DNA from: Nemertoderma westbladi
Taxonomy: Eukaryota; Animalia; Xenacoelomorpha
Assembly: GCA_032718475.1 (NCBI GenBank)
Contig: JAUCBJ010002192.1
Coordinates: 1-40,168, forward strand
Reading direction: 5' to 3'
DNA: 40,168 bases
A model generated the notes under the pieces. It saw only the letters and a list, made by a program, of their open reading frames with translations. It was not told the origin of the DNA and searched no databases. Positions 37,475-40,168 of this stretch are shown piece by piece. A program made the position numbers and the translations under genes. The first letter of the stretch is position 1. Each line of letters starts with the position of its first letter.

Positions 37475-37686
37475 ACATCGGCCTACACCGCACATCGACT
37501 TACACCGCACATCGGCGTACATACATCGCACTTCGGCCTACACCGCACATCGGTCTACAATGCACATCGGCCTACACCGCACATCGGCCTACACCGCACA
37601 TCGGCGTACGTACATCGCACTTCGGTACATCGCACATCGGCCTACACCGCACATCGGTCTACAATGCACATCGGCCTACACCGCAT
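37475..37686. repeat. 17-bp minisatellite (ACATCGGCCTACACCGC), about 12 degenerate copies
   Basis: Directly visible. Confidence 0.9.
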
Positions 37687-37974
37687 TTCGGTGGTATCGA
37701 TTACATCGATACGTCATTATGATGCAGTGTTGGCCAACAACTCTTAAAGACACAGTTCACATATTATTCAGCCATAATCCATATCCACAGAATTACTGCA
37801 ATTTGAATCACTAGAGGGAGCCAAACGGCTCCCAGCTCATTAGAACAGGCTGCTTCTAGTGTGGCTTTTTTTATTAACTCCAAAAAGACCAAAATTTTGA
37901 CAGTTCACTTTGGAAGTCCTCAGTAAATCTCTGACCGGATTAGCATAAGCTCAAAGGATGGTATGCTTGAGCAT

Positions 37975-38090
37975 GAGGACGACTTCTGTTTCCTGGGATT
38001 ATGGATCCGGAAGTCAGGTGAGGACCTTCGAATGCGTAAGGGAAAGGCATGGGCGGCATTGAATTGGCTTTCCAGGATTTGGAAGTCACA
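37975..38090 (+). mobile_element. Short RTE-like LINE remnant
   Basis: DDFCFLGLWI..DLRMRKGKAWAALNWLSRIWKS parallels DDFQYLGSWI..DIEVRKAK..W.ALSKMDTIWKS in the 9.1-kb RTE. Confidence 0.65.
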
Positions 38091-38711
38091 TAGAATTCAA
38101 AATTCAGAATTCATAGAGACAAAATGTTTTTGTTAAGCTGACATAGCATCGCAATGTGCAGATTCAATGCAGCAGGCCGATTACAGTAGTAGCAGTTGTA
38201 GTAGCTATTTGAATTGGGGAAAATTGTATAATTAACTAACTAACTTGTATATAAATATATATATTATATTCGAATAGGCAACTATTATTTTACGATATGT
38301 TATATAATTGTTATAGCCTATTTTATTGTCTTATAAATAACGAAACTTGACAGTAAAGTTATCGAAGGTAGACAACACCCACAAACAAAATAAATAAATT
38401 AAAATAAGAGATTTATGTTTACATGTTTATATTGTTATTGGACGGTTAACGAACATCCGAGTATGGCAATATTCGAAATTTTGGTATTTAGTTGTTTTAG
38501 TTGAATTTTCAACTATTATTTAACTAAACACCTCAAAATTATTTGAAATAATTAGTTAACTTGTCACTTATATTTATTTATTTGGGTTTAGTTAAACTAA
38601 TTAAAAATAATTATGCTATCGTTAAAAAATAATATAATTTGCAACTGATTAACATTTTTATCAATATAATTTTATAACATTATATTTAGCATAAGATTAA
38701 TATTATTTCAG

Positions 38712-38992
38712 TTTTAGTTGTTTTTGCTCAACCTGATGATTTCCGTTCATTCGAGTTGGATTTGATGGAACGGAGCGGCGATCACGAGATCCATGAACGA
38801 CGTGGTCCTTTCCGCAATGGGAAACGGGGTCCGGGACTGCAGGGCGCGACGGATATCGGGACGGCGAGTGGCGCGTTCCCATCCGGGGATCGCGGAATAT
38901 CGATACGACGGGGACCCTTCCGGGGCGAGAAACGCACCGAGAAGTTCTACCAACAGAAGAAACGTAGGGGTCCCTTCCGCAATGGGAAATAA
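38712..38992 (+). CDS. Putative terminal exon of a neuropeptide precursor (2x GPFRN-amide, 1x GPFRGE)
   Basis: After acceptor TATTTCAG (ending 38711, phase 1) it reads xLVVFA-QPDDFRSFELDLMERSGDHEIHE-RR-GPFRN-G-KR..RR-GPFRGE-KR..KKRR-GPFRN-GK*. GC-rich island in very AT-rich flanks; the RRGPFR copies differ at synonymous sites. Confidence 0.65.
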
Positions 38993-39524
38993 ACAACTGT
39001 GATAACTAACGCTACTCTCAGAAAAATGAAATTCATTTCGTGGCTATTTTATAGGTTATTTTAGAAATGAAATAATGCATTCAATTTTTTGACTAAGTAA
39101 TTACTTAATTATTTTTAGTTATAAATTGAATTTATAAATTTTAAAGTCGCTAAATTGTGTAGATAATAGTATGGGTAGAATACTTTTGATATACCCGTAT
39201 TCGTAAATGCCTGTTGTAGTAAAGTTGAACTACATTGTCAAATATTATTGGTATAAAATACTTGAAGTGATATTGTAGTAATTGGAAAGGTGTTTTTAAT
39301 GAAACTTGGTAGAATATTATACTGTAAAAAAGGATGGCATAGGCACCCAATGATAAAATTTTTAGTGGATTTTTAGCCTTTACTATGTTTGAAACGCCAG
39401 TGATTACTACACCCAATACACTGAGAGAAGACTAGTTAGTTGTCAGCGAGAATAGAAGAGAAACCTACTGGTACCCGCTCAGAGATTAACATCTTGTATT
39501 GTGGGTCATATCGGAGAACGTATC

Positions 39525-39732
39525 TAATCTCGATCGCTGCAAAATTATTAAAGCAAAAATAATGTTGATTCGCAACAGTCATCCGGTAGAAAGATCTGCG
39601 TTGGGATGGTAAAGGTATCCCTATAGCATCCTGAAACCATTTCAGGCCGTTAAGGATCTTGAAGTACTATCTGCAAAGTTGGACATTCAATTACAACTGT
39701 CTGTCATATTTGTGGACTTCTTCAAGGCAATG
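39525..39732 (+). mobile_element. Highly decayed RTE-like RT remnant
   Basis: SIAAKLL and LSVIFVDFFKA parallel MVAAKIY and PAVMTFVDFKKA of the 8.6-kb element. Confidence 0.45.
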
Positions 39733-40168
39733 GATTTTGGCAATGGATCCATGACATTCATTTCACAGACTGATTTCACGAATTGCATGTATATTTATTT
39801 GTTAACAGTATAATAGCAAGAAGATCAAACTACTGCCAGTTATCGTTAATTCTGATCTGAGCAATAGTTGATCGATAGAAATACCATTACCTCTCTGTGC
39901 GACATGACGATTTCTTGTATGTGATCATGAATAATATGTTGTTCACAGAAGATCTCCCCACCCACCAAGTCAACGCATGGTCTGTTATATCCTAGCTGTT
40001 CAGGATATCGAGTTAATAGCGCAATGTTAATACCACAAACAAAAACAAATGTGTTTAGAGGGTTTTAACAACTAATTGAATTTTAAAAAATTATTGGAAA
40101 GGAGCAGGTTGCATTGGGTGTTATCTAACCAAAAATAATAAACGAAACGAAACGTTACTTCACTTGCC

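Noticed and set aside
38703-39002. Alternative-frame and antisense ORFs over the GC-rich island
   Set aside because: They are shadows of the RRGPFRNGK frame, which alone shows repeated peptides with silent codon variation.

Overview
AT-rich, repeat-dense eukaryotic DNA, most likely from an invertebrate animal. Host genes: an intronless UBE3D-like E3 ligase (1214-2404, -), a three-exon divergent calmodulin-like gene (16555-18895, +), and a GC-rich exon (38712-38992, +) that reads as a multi-copy neuropeptide precursor predicted to release GPFRN-amide. A complete 4.27-kb Foldback/MULE-type element (2777-7043) has a perfect 9-bp TSD, 24-bp TIRs and inverted arms built of 10-bp tandem repeats, and carries two nested tRNA-derived SINEs. 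Also present are decayed RTE, Penelope, RTEX-like and CRE-like retroelements, a dispersed HINE-like family, and three large homogeneous tandem arrays (39, 64 and 60 bp units) between 23.2 and 33.4 kb. Most long ORFs in the track are artefacts of repeats. All family assignments come from motif recognition by eye, not database searches.
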